From Chthoniobacteraceae bacterium (lineage in GTDB: Bacteria > Verrucomicrobiota > Verrucomicrobiia > Chthoniobacterales > Chthoniobacteraceae), in the NCBI GenBank assembly GCA_031409335.1, contig JANNWY010000170.1:140041-204040 (forward strand): a stretch of 64,000 nt of DNA, read 5' to 3'. This document shows positions 37,281 through 47,299 of this stretch, piece after piece. Position 1 is the stretch's first letter. Each line of letters starts with the position of its first letter. The translations under genes were made by a program, and so were the position numbers. The notes under the pieces were generated by a model that ran no database searches, was not told where the DNA came from, and was given only the letters and a program-made list of their open reading frames with translations.

Positions 37281-38186
37281 GTGAAAGTTCCTGTTTCCAT
37301 TCTCATCCCTATTCGCAATGAAGAAAAGAACCTTGATCGGTGTCTGAAAGCGGTTTGCTGGGCGGACGAGGTAGTGATTGTTGATTCCCAAAGCTCCGAT
37401 GGTTCGCTTCGCATTGCTGAGGCACACGGTGCGAATGTATTTCAATTTCACTTCAACGGTGTTTGGCCAAAGAAGAAGAACTGGGCGCTGGACAACGTGC
37501 CCTTTGCCCATGAGTGGGTGTTTATCGTGGATGCTGATGAGGTTCTTCCTGCGGGTGCGGAAGCCGAGATTCGCGAAATTATCACAGGCGCGAAACCAAC
37601 GATAGTCGGTTACTGGGTGAATCGAAGGTTTATGTTCATGGGGCAATGGTTGCGTCATGCCTACTATCCGAATTGGAATCTGCGTTTGTTTCGTCATCAG
37701 CACGGTCGCTATGAAAAGCTAACTGACTCTGCGACCGAAAGTGGGGACAACGAAGTCCATGAACATATCATTGTCGCGGGCGAAACGGGGCGCCTCCAAT
37801 TGGAGATGGACCACTACGCGTTTCCGTCGATCGAAGTCTTTGTCGAGAAACACAATCGATATTCAAACTGGGAAGCACGGGTGGAGCTTGATAAGCGATT
37901 GACGGCTGGGCGTTCCGCATTCGCGGTCAACGATGTTAGTTTTCGTCGCAAATTGAAGAAACTCTCGCACAGTTTGCCGAACCGACCGCTCCTGCGGTTT
38001 CTCTATATCTATATTTGGCAGCGTGGCTTTCTGGATGGGAAGCGAGGTTACTATTTCGCGCGACTCCATGCGTTTTATGAATTTCTATGTGTTCTAAAGA
38101 CTCGCGAAGCCGAACTGAGACCAGGCACCCAGCAAAACTGTGAACTGCCAACGGATCAAACCCATGAGATGCCCAATGGAAAGTAG
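37281..38186 (+). CDS. GT2 glycosyltransferase
   Basis: VDSQSSDGS, KNWAL, VDADE, EVHEH, KHNRYS. Confidence 0.9.
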   Translation: MKVPVSILIPIRNEEKNLDRCLKAVCWADEVVIVDSQSSDGSLRIAEAHGANVFQFHFNGVWPKKKNWALDNVPFAHEWVFIVDADEVLPAGAEAEIREIITGAKPTIVGYWVNRRFMFMGQWLRHAYYPNWNLRLFRHQHGRYEKLTDSATESGDNEVHEHIIVAGETGRLQLEMDHYAFPSIEVFVEKHNRYSNWEARVELDKRLTAGRSAFAVNDVSFRRKLKKLSHSLPNRPLLRFLYIYIWQRGFLDGKRGYYFARLHAFYEFLCVLKTREAELRPGTQQNCELPTDQTHEMPNGK

Positions 38187-38279
38187 TTTGATTAGCGAAA
38201 TGGAGGGCGCTCCAATCCCCTCGCGCAAGCCTGTGACGAGGGCGCTCATGCGCTCGATTCGATTGTGGGATTTAGCGGC

Positions 38280-39602
38280 ATGAGGGTGATCGTTTGGGGA
38301 ATCAACTATCCCCCAGAACTGACGGGGATCGCACCATTTAACGCGGCGCTGTGCGAGTTTCTTGCGGAGCGCTGCCACGAAGTTACGATGGTAACGTCTT
38401 TCCCTTACTATCCAGAATGGAAGAAGCGTGAGGAAGACAAGGGTAGTTTCTTTCGAACCGATAGAGTCAACAACGTCTCGATATTCCGTTGCTGGTCTTA
38501 TGTGCCGAGTCGTGTTTCGGCACTGCGGCGAATGATTCACGAGGCAAGTTTTGTTGCGTTGTCTCTGTTACGGGTCTTATTTCTACCAAGACCTGCGGTT
38601 TACGTAGTGGTATCGCCTCCGCTGCTTTTGGGAGTCGCAGCATGGTGTGCGAGTGTGATCAAACGATCGCCATTCGTATTTCATGTGCAGGATTTGCAGC
38701 CAGATGCGGCACTTTCGCTCGGTATGCTCCGAAAAGGGCTGTTTGTTCGTTTGCTCTATGGGATTGAGTCTTTCGCGTATTCCCGCGCGAAAAGAGTTTC
38801 GGCAATTAGCAGCGGCATTGGTGAAAAGCTGCACACCAAGGGCGTTCAACGACAAAATATCGTTTTGTTTCCAAATGGCGTTCGTTTGCCGGTTGATTTG
38901 CCAAAGCGCGGCTGCTTTCGAAGACGCCATGGCATTCCAGATAACACGTTCTTAGCGGTCTATTCAGGGAATATAGGAGTGAAGCAGGGATTGGATGTGC
39001 TTGTGGATGCCGGCAGGATTTTGGAGTCCAACGGGACTGCTCAGGTGCAGCACTCAGTGGGTGCCCCGATCGTCATCGTGATCGCTGGGGATGGAGCGCG
39101 TCGCGCAATTCTTTGGGAGGCAATCAACCGAGAATCACTGAGATGTATTCTGTTGTTGCCGCTTCTCCCAGAGCTTGAGTACCTTGAAATGTTGGCTGAT
39201 GCTGATTGCACGGTGATAACGCAACAGCGTGATACGGGGGAGTATTTTTTCCCGAGTAAGTTGCTGTCGGCGGTTGCGGCTGCCAAGCCAGTGTTAAGTG
39301 TGGCGGACGAGCAGAGTGAGTTGGCGAAAGCGGTGCGGCGAAATGGACTTGGAGTGAACGTTTCACCCGGGAGCCCTGAATTGGTGGTTGAGTCGCTGCG
39401 TATGATGGCGAGTGGGCACGGGCATCAAGCGGCGAATGATCTGCACAGCGTGGAGTTTTCAGACGCGAGCCGCCAAGACTCGCTAGCTGAGATGGGGCGG
39501 GCCGGATTGGAGTTTGCAGCACAGTTCGAAATGAACCGTGTGCTTTCAGATTTCGAGAACGAACTAAAGCGGATCAATGCTTCCCGTGATAGCGTAACGT
39601 AA
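38280..39602 (+). CDS. wcaI: WcaI-like GT4 glycosyltransferase
   Basis: GINYPPELTGIA, PYYPEW, HVQDLQPD, YSGNIGVKQG, FPSKL. Confidence 0.88.
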   Translation: MRVIVWGINYPPELTGIAPFNAALCEFLAERCHEVTMVTSFPYYPEWKKREEDKGSFFRTDRVNNVSIFRCWSYVPSRVSALRRMIHEASFVALSLLRVLFLPRPAVYVVVSPPLLLGVAAWCASVIKRSPFVFHVQDLQPDAALSLGMLRKGLFVRLLYGIESFAYSRAKRVSAISSGIGEKLHTKGVQRQNIVLFPNGVRLPVDLPKRGCFRRRHGIPDNTFLAVYSGNIGVKQGLDVLVDAGRILESNGTAQVQHSVGAPIVIVIAGDGARRAILWEAINRESLRCILLLPLLPELEYLEMLADADCTVITQQRDTGEYFFPSKLLSAVAAAKPVLSVADEQSELAKAVRRNGLGVNVSPGSPELVVESLRMMASGHGHQAANDLHSVEFSDASRQDSLAEMGRAGLEFAAQFEMNRVLSDFENELKRINASRDSVT

Positions 39603-39788
39603 CATGAGTTCTGTTGCCGTCTTATTCCGAGCAATACGCTTGTCGAGTTCATTCAAGTAAGCCAATCAAGCCGACTAGCCTCATGCCCTGCAGAGACATC
39701 TTTATGCATGATCTCGTTGGAATGCATCTTTCCGGGATCAATTCAAAGGCTCCTTTTGGATTGGTGTTCGTTCCAAATCTCAGTGTCT

Positions 39789-41510
39789 TCACTTGAGGGC
39801 ATCTGCGATCGACTGTTTGGCTTTGACGACGAGTTCAGTTTCTTCAGGGAGCAGGGTTACTCCACGGCTCATTTCCAGAAAGTGCGTCGCTTTTTCGGGT
39901 AGATTGGTGGTCGCCAGCATGATGCCGTAGTAAGCGGCGATGGATGGGTCCGTGAGGTGCTCGGCAGGCAACGCTTCCAGAATCTTCAGCCCCTCGGCCG
40001 TGCGGGCTGAACAATGGAGCGCAAACGCGAACGTGGACGCGTACGCAGCATTTTCGGGATGTTTCGTGTGAAGATCGCGCGCAATTTTCATGGCTTGATC
40101 CGATTCGGTATTCAAAAGGAGAGATGAAAGCGCGAGGTCATTTTGGGCGTCTTCGTTAGCCGGATCCGTTTTTACGAGGTGGACGGAAAGACGACGCAGC
40201 CCGGCAGTGTTGTTCTTCGCAAGGTAATGGTTTTGGAGGGTTGCGATCGCGGAGCGTGAACCGGGCGACATATCCAGGAGTGCCCAGAGACATTGTTCCG
40301 CCTCTTCGACCCATTGCCGTTCGGTGGCGATCTCCACCAGCCATTCGAGTGCGTCGGCTTTCCGCGCGGCGGCGTTGACGGCGAGATTCCACTCGGTCCG
40401 TGCGGATGCGGTGTCCGACTTCTCGCGAAAGGCGCGCGCACGATGGGCGTGGCGCACGTGATCCACGGTCTTCCATGCGCCAGTTTCCGTGGCGGCGAGC
40501 AAGTCGTTCCAGTGCCCGAGCTTTAGGTAGCAATCGGCGATTGCGGGTCGTAGATCCGGCGACTTGGCGAGATTTGGGGTGCGTTTCTGCACCCATTCCA
40601 GCCCCTCGAAGGCAAGGCCAACCCGGCTCATCCAGAGGAGAAGTGCGCCAGCATCAATCGGGTTGCTTTCCGCTTTTTGCTGAGTCGCAGCGAGCGTGGT
40701 GGAAAACTTTTCGTCTTTGGTCGCTCGCATCAGCCCGAGCTGGAGCATGTCGTCGGAAAATTCGTGTGTCGGCATTGACACGAGTTGGTTCGCGTAGCGG
40801 AGCGCGGAGAGGTATTCCTTGTGGGCTTCGCAATTGTTGATGAGTTCCCGCAGCGCGGAAACTCCAAGCTCGGGATGTGAGCCAAGCTCCACGAGATTGC
40901 GCCGCCCTTCTTCCCGCGTGAAGTAATCGCCGATTGAGGATCGGGCTTTACCGAGTGCCAGTCGATACGCAGCGTTTGCGGGGTTGATGCGGGTGGCATT
41001 TTCGTAGAGCCGCGCGGCCTCGGCGTTCTCCCCGGATTCCAGCGCGAGCGTCCCGGCGACGACGAGGTAGTCCTCCCGCATTCGGTCCTTTTCCGGCACC
41101 AGCGCCAGTGCGGACAACGCCGTGGAACTCCTCCCAAAGCGGGCCGCGGTGGAAGCATACGCGAGCAGCGTGTCGGCTGACGCGCCGGCCGTCCGCACCA
41201 CTTGCTCCCGCCACATCACCTCCTCCGCGAGTTGATCGTGCTCGGCGATTTCAGCCATCGTCAGGCAGGCAGGGGCAAAATTGGGGTTCAGTTGAAGTGC
41301 GCGACGCGCATTGATCGCCGCCTCCGCGTAATCGCCGCGATTCAGAGCCGCGCGTGCTTCCCGGTGGAAACTTTTCACCCGCCATGGCTTGTAGGCGAGA
41401 TATCCCGCGATTCCCACGACTAGGACAATCGGCACCGCGATCCAGAGGATTAAATTTCGGCGCCGAGTCGCTTTGGCCAAGTCTGCTCCGGTTACGCCCG
41501 TTCTTTTCAT
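39789..41510 (-). CDS. Membrane-anchored TPR-repeat protein
   Basis: N-terminal TM segment (LILWIAVPIVLVVGIAGYLAY) followed by TPR-like helical repeats (GDYAEAAINARRALQLNP). Confidence 0.85.
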   Translation of the reverse strand: MKRTGVTGADLAKATRRRNLILWIAVPIVLVVGIAGYLAYKPWRVKSFHREARAALNRGDYAEAAINARRALQLNPNFAPACLTMAEIAEHDQLAEEVMWREQVVRTAGASADTLLAYASTAARFGRSSTALSALALVPEKDRMREDYLVVAGTLALESGENAEAARLYENATRINPANAAYRLALGKARSSIGDYFTREEGRRNLVELGSHPELGVSALRELINNCEAHKEYLSALRYANQLVSMPTHEFSDDMLQLGLMRATKDEKFSTTLAATQQKAESNPIDAGALLLWMSRVGLAFEGLEWVQKRTPNLAKSPDLRPAIADCYLKLGHWNDLLAATETGAWKTVDHVRHAHRARAFREKSDTASARTEWNLAVNAAARKADALEWLVEIATERQWVEEAEQCLWALLDMSPGSRSAIATLQNHYLAKNNTAGLRRLSVHLVKTDPANEDAQNDLALSSLLLNTESDQAMKIARDLHTKHPENAAYASTFAFALHCSARTAEGLKILEALPAEHLTDPSIAAYYGIMLATTNLPEKATHFLEMSRGVTLLPEETELVVKAKQSIADALK

Positions 41511-41579
41511 GTGAGGATAAGTCTTGGCAGCATTCCGCCGGTTGGCGGGGAATTGGGAATGCGGTCGCGGCTCATGAAG

Positions 41580-42191
41580 CTATCGGCGTTCGTTCTTCCG
41601 GCGTGAGCCTTCACGGCGCGTTGCCGATCCGGTGGTCGCCGTGCCTCCAGCGTCGGAGAATTCGCTCATCTCGTATAGCGTGGGATCACGCTGCGGCTTC
41701 CCACGGAGCCTGCGCAAACGCGCCTTCAGCGTCCCCGCATCCTTCGCGTCGCCGGCCCCGTCTTCGCCCGGCCCTTCGTCGTCCATGATCGAACCCATCT
41801 CCTCTTCGAGCCGCTCGGGATCTTCCCCGGCTTCGAGGCGCCGCAGCATTTCCTCCATCTGCTGGGGAACTTTTTCGCCGGTCATTTCCGACATCCGTCG
41901 CATCATGCTCGCGAGCTGGCGCGGATCGGGATTCTCCTCATTCATGCCGCTCATTTCGCGCTCCATCTGCGCCATCATCGCGTCCATGCGGGGATCATCC
42001 ATGTCGGTACCGGGCGGCATGTCGGGCTTTTCCTTGGCGCGCCCGGTCACGGCGAATGTGGACATCATCCTTTCCATCCGGTGTTTTGCGTTGTCGGGAC
42101 ACCGCGGCGTCTTGCCCGCATAGGCGAGGCTGCGCGCGAAAAATGAGTAGATTCGGTGATTGTTTGGGCAATAGAACTCGTAGATCGGCAT
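41580..42191 (-). CDS. FmdB-family zinc-ribbon protein
   Basis: MPIYEFYCPNNH...TPRCPD N-terminus followed by a Met/Glu-rich helical region. Confidence 0.8.
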   Translation of the reverse strand: MPIYEFYCPNNHRIYSFFARSLAYAGKTPRCPDNAKHRMERMMSTFAVTGRAKEKPDMPPGTDMDDPRMDAMMAQMEREMSGMNEENPDPRQLASMMRRMSEMTGEKVPQQMEEMLRRLEAGEDPERLEEEMGSIMDDEGPGEDGAGDAKDAGTLKARLRRLRGKPQRDPTLYEMSEFSDAGGTATTGSATRREGSRRKNERR

Positions 42192-42407
42192 GTGAAAAAA
42201 ATGAAAGGTTCACCGCGTTTTCAGAGGCGGCCCACTTTGAGACCACTTGGCGCGGGAGGGAATGATTACCAATTATTGGCGGCCTTCAAGCGAGCGAATT
42301 TACGCCGCGGCGGTTGAAAAAATGAAGACGTGGTTGAAAATCGGCGCGGCATCGTTCATGCAACCCGACCCGAAAAAATCCGCAACCCGCAATCGCACTG
42401 CCCGCCC

Positions 42408-42947
42408 ATGACGCCAGACTCGCCAGATGAAATCAGTTGGTTCTGCCTGAGAAGCCGCCCGAAGCACGAACACATCGCCGCGGCGCACCTCCGCCAAATG
42501 GCCGGAGTCGAAGTGTTTTGCCCGCGGCTGCGTTTCAAACGGCCGACGAAGCGCGGCGCGGTTTGGTTCGAGGAAGCGATGTTTCCCGGATACCTCTTCG
42601 CCAAATTTCACTTCATCGAGCGGCACAAGGAAGTCGGCCACGCCATGGGGATCAGCAGCATCCTGCGATTTGGCGACCGCTATGCCACGATCGGCGAGGA
42701 CACCGTCCTCGGGCTGCGCGGGAAGACAAACGAGATGCACGTCGCGGTGATCGAAAGCGAGGTCCGCGCGGGCGACAAAGTGACCATCATCGCCGGCGCG
42801 ATGACGGGAATCGAGGGAGTCGTCACGCAGTACCTTTCCGGGCGCGAGCGCGTGCGCGTCCTGCTTGAATTCCTCGGTCGCGAAATCCACGCCGAAGTGG
42901 AAAAGTCCGACGTGCTGCCCGCGAAACGCCACCCGCTCGCCGCGTGA
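42408..42947 (+). CDS. NusG/RfaH-family specialised transcription antiterminator
   Basis: NGN domain WFCLRSRPKHE...MFPGYLF and KOW motif GDKVTIIAGAMTGIEG, RVRVLLEFLG. Confidence 0.9.
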   Translation: MTPDSPDEISWFCLRSRPKHEHIAAAHLRQMAGVEVFCPRLRFKRPTKRGAVWFEEAMFPGYLFAKFHFIERHKEVGHAMGISSILRFGDRYATIGEDTVLGLRGKTNEMHVAVIESEVRAGDKVTIIAGAMTGIEGVVTQYLSGRERVRVLLEFLGREIHAEVEKSDVLPAKRHPLAA

Positions 42948-42954
42948 TTTTTCG

Positions 42955-43941
42955 CTAACGCTGCACGCGCCCGCCGTGTCCGCCTGCCGCGAGCGCTTCC
43001 ACCTCGGCGAGTGACACGAGGCATTGATCGCCGGGAATCGTGTGCTTCAGCGCTCCGGCAGCGGCGGCGAGATTTACCGCTGTCTGCGGAGCGTCGCCGC
43101 GCATCAGCGAAAAAATGAGCGTGCCCGTGAACGCGTCGCCCGAGCCCAGGCGATCCACGATCGTGATCTCGTGGCGTGGCGCGTGAAAAGCGCGGCCGCC
43201 CGTGAAAAGCATCGCGCCGCAATTCGTCGCGCTCGCCGTGCCGCTCTGCCGTGAAGTCATCGCCACGGTCTGGAATCCAAACCGCTCCACGAGATCCGCG
43301 GCGATTGCCTCATCCGAGTTGCCGGTCGCGCCGAGAATTGTACGAGCCTCATCCGCGCCCGCCACGCAGAGATCGACGTATTTCATCAGCGGCTGGAGCG
43401 CGCGTGCCGCGGCTTTTGTGCTCCACAGCTTCGCCCGAAAATTGATGTCGAAGCTAACCGTCAGACCGCACTTTTTCGCCGCGCGACAAGCCTCCTCGCA
43501 CACGTCCGCCGCCGATTTTGAAAGCGCCGGCGTGATGCCCGTCCAATGAAACCAGCTCGCTCCGTCAAAAATGCGCGGCCAGCCAAAATCCCCCGGTTGC
43601 ACCTCGGTGATCGCACTTCGCGCGCGATCGTAAATTACATTCCCCGGGCGCTGACTCGCGCCCTGTTCCAAAAAATAAATCCCGATTCGCTCACCGCCTC
43701 GCGCGATGTGCGAAGTGCCCACGCCATGCCGCCGCAGCTCGTCGATCGCGCGCTGCCCGAGTTCATGCGCCGGCAAGCGCGAAACGAACTCCGCACGTCC
43801 GCCGAGTCGCGAAATCAAGATCGCGACGTTCGCCTCCGCCCCGCCTGGCGTGATTTCAAAATGGGCCGCCTGCGCGAAGCGCTGATGCCCCGGCGTGGTG
43901 AGCCGGAACATGAGTTCGCCGAAAGTGACAACGGTGGACAT
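42955..43941 (-). CDS. kdgK: PfkB-family sugar kinase, probable 2-keto-3-deoxygluconate kinase
   Basis: VVTFGELMFRL, GGAEANVA, YDRA, FHWTGITPAL, DINFRAKLW, DRLGSGDAF. Confidence 0.85.
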   Translation of the reverse strand: MSTVVTFGELMFRLTTPGHQRFAQAAHFEITPGGAEANVAILISRLGGRAEFVSRLPAHELGQRAIDELRRHGVGTSHIARGGERIGIYFLEQGASQRPGNVIYDRARSAITEVQPGDFGWPRIFDGASWFHWTGITPALSKSAADVCEEACRAAKKCGLTVSFDINFRAKLWSTKAAARALQPLMKYVDLCVAGADEARTILGATGNSDEAIAADLVERFGFQTVAMTSRQSGTASATNCGAMLFTGGRAFHAPRHEITIVDRLGSGDAFTGTLIFSLMRGDAPQTAVNLAAAAGALKHTIPGDQCLVSLAEVEALAAGGHGGRVQR

Positions 43942-43995
43942 GGTGCGGGAGGATGGAGACGCACGCACAATTTGAAAAGGCGCGAGCACAGCATT

Positions 43996-44161
43996 TCCGG
44001 GTAGCACGCTCGTCCCGAGCGTTGGCGAAGGCGTCCCGCCTTCGTGAACTTTCCCGCCGCATCGCTACTGAGTTCGTAAACGATTCCTGAGACGACGAGT
44101 TAGGGAAGTTCGTCTTGGCGGGACGCCAAGACCAACGCCCGGGACGAGCGTGCTACCCGGA
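43996..44161. repeat. Paired inverted GTAG-type REP-like elements (REPIN-like)
   Basis: Arms 43996-44055 and 44103-44161 are reverse complements. Each begins CCGGGTAGC and contains two hairpins with TCC loops. Confidence 0.8.
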
Positions 44162-44176
44162 GACCGCTGCGACGCG

Positions 44177-44297
44177 CTAAACAAAAATCAGCGCCCGCGA
44201 ATCCGCTGCGATGAAGCCGTGCTTTGCGAGCAATTCGCGGAACTTCCCGATCCCCGCTTTCTCGGGCGGGCCGAGGTCGCAGCGGATGTGTTGCGTG
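44177..44297 (-). pseudogene. Displaced duplicate of the mqnA 3' end (39 codons + stop)
   Basis: Ungapped match to 47262-47382 (96/121 nt by hand count): TQHIRCDLGPPEKAGIGKFRELLAKHGFIAADSRALIFV* vs TQHIRFGLGPREKAGIEKFRELLGKHGFIDADSRELVYV*. Confidence 0.9.
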
Positions 44298-44430
44298 GGT
44301 TGGCAGCGGTCACCGCTTGCGGCGGCCTGCCACAGCGGGCAGTCCGATCCCGCGAAGCGCCAGACTTCCCGGCACCGGCACCGGATGGAGATTTTAACGG
44401 ATGACGTCCACGGAGACCGCAGGCGAAAGC

Positions 44431-44463
44431 AAAAAGGCGGGAGCATCGCTGCTCCCGCCCTTT
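44431..44463 (-). terminator. Intrinsic terminator of the PEP-CTERM peptidase gene
   Basis: GGCGGGAGCA-TCGC-TGCTCCCGCC stem with a T5 tail on the minus strand, about 25 nt past the stop. Confidence 0.75.
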
Positions 44464-44488
44464 GCGTCGTTTTGAACGCGAAACGTTT

Positions 44489-46012
44489 CTAGCTTTCGCG
44501 GCGGCGGCGGGCTGCAAAGCCAAGTATCCCCATCACCAGCAGGAAGGCGGTGCCGGGTTCCGGGACTGACGCGAAGCCGGAGCCGGTGAGGAAGTAGGCT
44601 CCCATGTCGAAATACTGGGCGTCATTGAAGGTAGGAGATATCTGCGCGTGGCCGCCGAAGCTGCCGATCTCCGCGTAGTAGGTGCCCGCGGCAAGATTGC
44701 CCATGAACGTCTCAAAGAGCGTGCTGGCGTCTTCCACCGCAGCGCCAATGGAGAGTCCGTTGCCGTCGTAAATGGTGAGCGTGCTGCGCAGCGTGCCGAT
44801 GCCATCGGCGACTCCCGGAGTCAGGAATTGCGTGCCGTCATTCGCGGTGAGGACGATTGAGGAGGCGGTGCCGAGGGTGAAGGTGAACCAGTCCTTCGTG
44901 TAGTTCCCCGCGCCGAGGGCGAGCGGGTTGGCCTCGCTATTCGGTACGATGACGCCAGTCGCCAGATTGAAATCCACGAAGTCTCCGACGACGGGCAGCA
45001 GCGTGGCGGTGGCGAGCGTGTGGCCGATCCCATCGTTGACGAGGTGAAGGTCCACGGCTCCAGCCTGGCCCATCGCCACGGTGTTGACCGTGAGCATGGT
45101 CTTCACGTCATTTTGGATCGTCTGAATGTCGTTCGGATGCGTGTCGCCCACGCGCCAGGTGATGCGCTGCCGCCCATCCGCATTGCCGATGATGGCGACG
45201 TAGGAGCCATTGCCGGCGGCGGCGTCCCCATTCGTGTATTCGTTCACCGGGGTATTCGCAGCGCCCACAAAGTCGCCCTGATGGTAGAGCCCGAAGGAGT
45301 GGCCGTTTTCGTGGACGGAAATCGCGCCGATATACTCGCCATTGATGACGCCCCCGGTGGCCGCACCCGCCTGCGCTTCGCTGAACATCCAGTTGGTGTG
45401 CCCGCCATTATCCACCGCGACGCCTGCGACGACGCCGATCCCAGGCGAGACGCCATCCGCAGTGTCGCTGAACCATTTGTTCATCGGCGTCACCCCCGGA
45501 GTGCCCGGCGCCCGCACCTGCGAGCCGATCACGGTGTGCATGAGGTTCGGCGTGGTATCGTAAAACGTCTGCCGCTGCGCATCCGTCGCGCCCGCCCCGA
45601 GAGCGGCGATCGCCGGGTCCACCGTGGTCACGTTGACGTTGAAGCCGATGTACGATTGCGCGATGCGGGACCACAGGCTTTTGATCTGCTGTTGCTCGGT
45701 CGCGTCGAAGGTCTCTGTGGGGAGCCGCTCGTTCAGCGAAGGGGTAAAGCCCGGCGCGGTCGTGTGGTCGTGCCAGAGGCCATTGAAGTTAAACCCGGCC
45801 ACATTCACGTAGATCGTGTAGGCGGCACCGGGCCGGCTGCTGAATTCAGGAACGCCCGCCGTGTGCTGCTCCGCCAGCGCGGAAAACATGGGAAGGATGA
45901 ACACTGCGGCTGCCGTCAGTTTCACGCGGATCGTGGAGCATAGGGCTTGTTTTGGATCGAAGGGTTTGGTTTTCATCAGGGTAGTGAGACTGCGAGTGAC
46001 AGTGGATTTCAT
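44489..46012 (-). CDS. PEP-CTERM-anchored zinc metallopeptidase (metzincin-like) with a PPC-like domain
   Basis: HENGHSFGLYH (HExxHxxGxxH); KDWFTF...GTYYAEI; C-terminal VPEPGTAFLLVMGILGFAARRRRES. Start at 46012 or 45976. Confidence 0.88.
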   Translation of the reverse strand: MKSTVTRSLTTLMKTKPFDPKQALCSTIRVKLTAAAVFILPMFSALAEQHTAGVPEFSSRPGAAYTIYVNVAGFNFNGLWHDHTTAPGFTPSLNERLPTETFDATEQQQIKSLWSRIAQSYIGFNVNVTTVDPAIAALGAGATDAQRQTFYDTTPNLMHTVIGSQVRAPGTPGVTPMNKWFSDTADGVSPGIGVVAGVAVDNGGHTNWMFSEAQAGAATGGVINGEYIGAISVHENGHSFGLYHQGDFVGAANTPVNEYTNGDAAAGNGSYVAIIGNADGRQRITWRVGDTHPNDIQTIQNDVKTMLTVNTVAMGQAGAVDLHLVNDGIGHTLATATLLPVVGDFVDFNLATGVIVPNSEANPLALGAGNYTKDWFTFTLGTASSIVLTANDGTQFLTPGVADGIGTLRSTLTIYDGNGLSIGAAVEDASTLFETFMGNLAAGTYYAEIGSFGGHAQISPTFNDAQYFDMGAYFLTGSGFASVPEPGTAFLLVMGILGFAARRRRES

Positions 46013-46159
46013 AAGTGTTGAGAAGTGATCGTCAGGTAAAGTGTGGGGAGCGCGCAGGCTCTCCTGGCGGGGGCTGCGCGCGGGGGATACCGAAGTTTTC
46101 CACACTGCCAACAACTCCCGCTTTGACAGATGGGCGGTTTTCCCGCCTATCGTCTCGCG

Positions 46160-47299
46160 GTGCGCCCGATCCACCGTATTTCCATCCTCGATCAGACCGT
46201 CGAGCACTTGCGCGAAGGCCTCCGCGCCGGGCGCTGGGGCGGCGAACTGCCGGGCGTGCTGCGGCTGGCGGCGGAGTGCGTTGTCTCCAAAGACACGATG
46301 CGCGCGGCGCTGCGTCTTTTAGAGAAAGAGGGGCTGCTCAGCGCGGGCCGTGCAGGCGGGCGGCGCAAGGTGCTCGCGGCAGGTGGGGCGGGGCCAGCCG
46401 ATAGGGCGCGGGCCAAGACGAGCAGTTTGCGCGTGGCGATCCTGCTGCACCACCCGCTGGCGGAAGAGAGTAACCCGCTGCACCAGACGCTGCGCGACAT
46501 TCAGCGCGAGCTGGTAGCGGCGTGGCACGCGGTGGCCTTCGCGCCAAAGACGCAAACCGAGTTGCGCTTCGCCCCGGCCCGCATCGCGAAGCTGGTCGCG
46601 GCGACGCCTGCGGATGCGTGGGTGGTGACGGCTGCGCCGCGCCCCGTGCTCGAGTTTTTCGCGGCGCAACCGCTGCCCGCGATCGCGCTGGGCGGACGCT
46701 CCCTCGGCTTGGACATCGCGAGCAGCGGCGTCGGTGGGGCGCCCGGGCTCTGCACGGCCACGCGCCGGCTCCTCGCGCTCGGGCATCGCCGCATCGTGCT
46801 CATCTGCGGGCGTGCGTGGCGGCAGCCAGCGGGAGGTCGGAACGCGACCGCCTACACGGCGGAATTGGCCGCGCACGGCATCGCGGCGGGCGACTATTCC
46901 CTGCCCGACTTCGAGCCAACGGCAGCGGGTTTGCGCGCGCTCTTCGAGTCGCTCTTCCGCGTGACGCCGCCCACGGCGCTCATCCTGGAATCCGCCGACT
47001 ATGCCGTGGCCGCCTTCGCCTTTCTCGCGCAACGCGGGCTGGCGGTCCCGCGCGATGTCTCGCTGGTGTGCCTTTACCCCGACGCCTCGCTGCAATGGTG
47101 GGATCCCCCGCTGGCGCGACTGCGGCACGAGGACGCGCTGGTGGTGCGGCGTGTCGTGCGCTGGTGCCGCGCCGTCGCCCGCGGCCAGGTCGATCGCGAG
47201 CCGGTGATGGTGCCCGCGGAGTTCGACGAAGGCGGGACGATCGGGCCGGTGCGGCCCGGAGTTATACGTAAACCAACTCTCGCGAATCTGCGTCGATGA
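46160..47299 (+). CDS. GntR-HTH / LacI-type ligand-binding transcriptional regulator
   Basis: LPGVLRLAAECVVSKDTMRAALRLLEKEG HTH; LLALGHRRI, PPTAL, VPRDVSLV. Overlaps the mqnA 3' end by 38 nt. Confidence 0.88.
   Translation: MRPIHRISILDQTVEHLREGLRAGRWGGELPGVLRLAAECVVSKDTMRAALRLLEKEGLLSAGRAGGRRKVLAAGGAGPADRARAKTSSLRVAILLHHPLAEESNPLHQTLRDIQRELVAAWHAVAFAPKTQTELRFAPARIAKLVAATPADAWVVTAAPRPVLEFFAAQPLPAIALGGRSLGLDIASSGVGGAPGLCTATRRLLALGHRRIVLICGRAWRQPAGGRNATAYTAELAAHGIAAGDYSLPDFEPTAAGLRALFESLFRVTPPTALILESADYAVAAFAFLAQRGLAVPRDVSLVCLYPDASLQWWDPPLARLRHEDALVVRRVVRWCRAVARGQVDREPVMVPAEFDEGGTIGPVRPGVIRKPTLANLRR

Noticed and set aside
44177..44446. 89-aa ORF as an independent gene
   Set aside because: Only its last 39 codons are meaningful (mqnA duplicate); the rest crosses a terminator.
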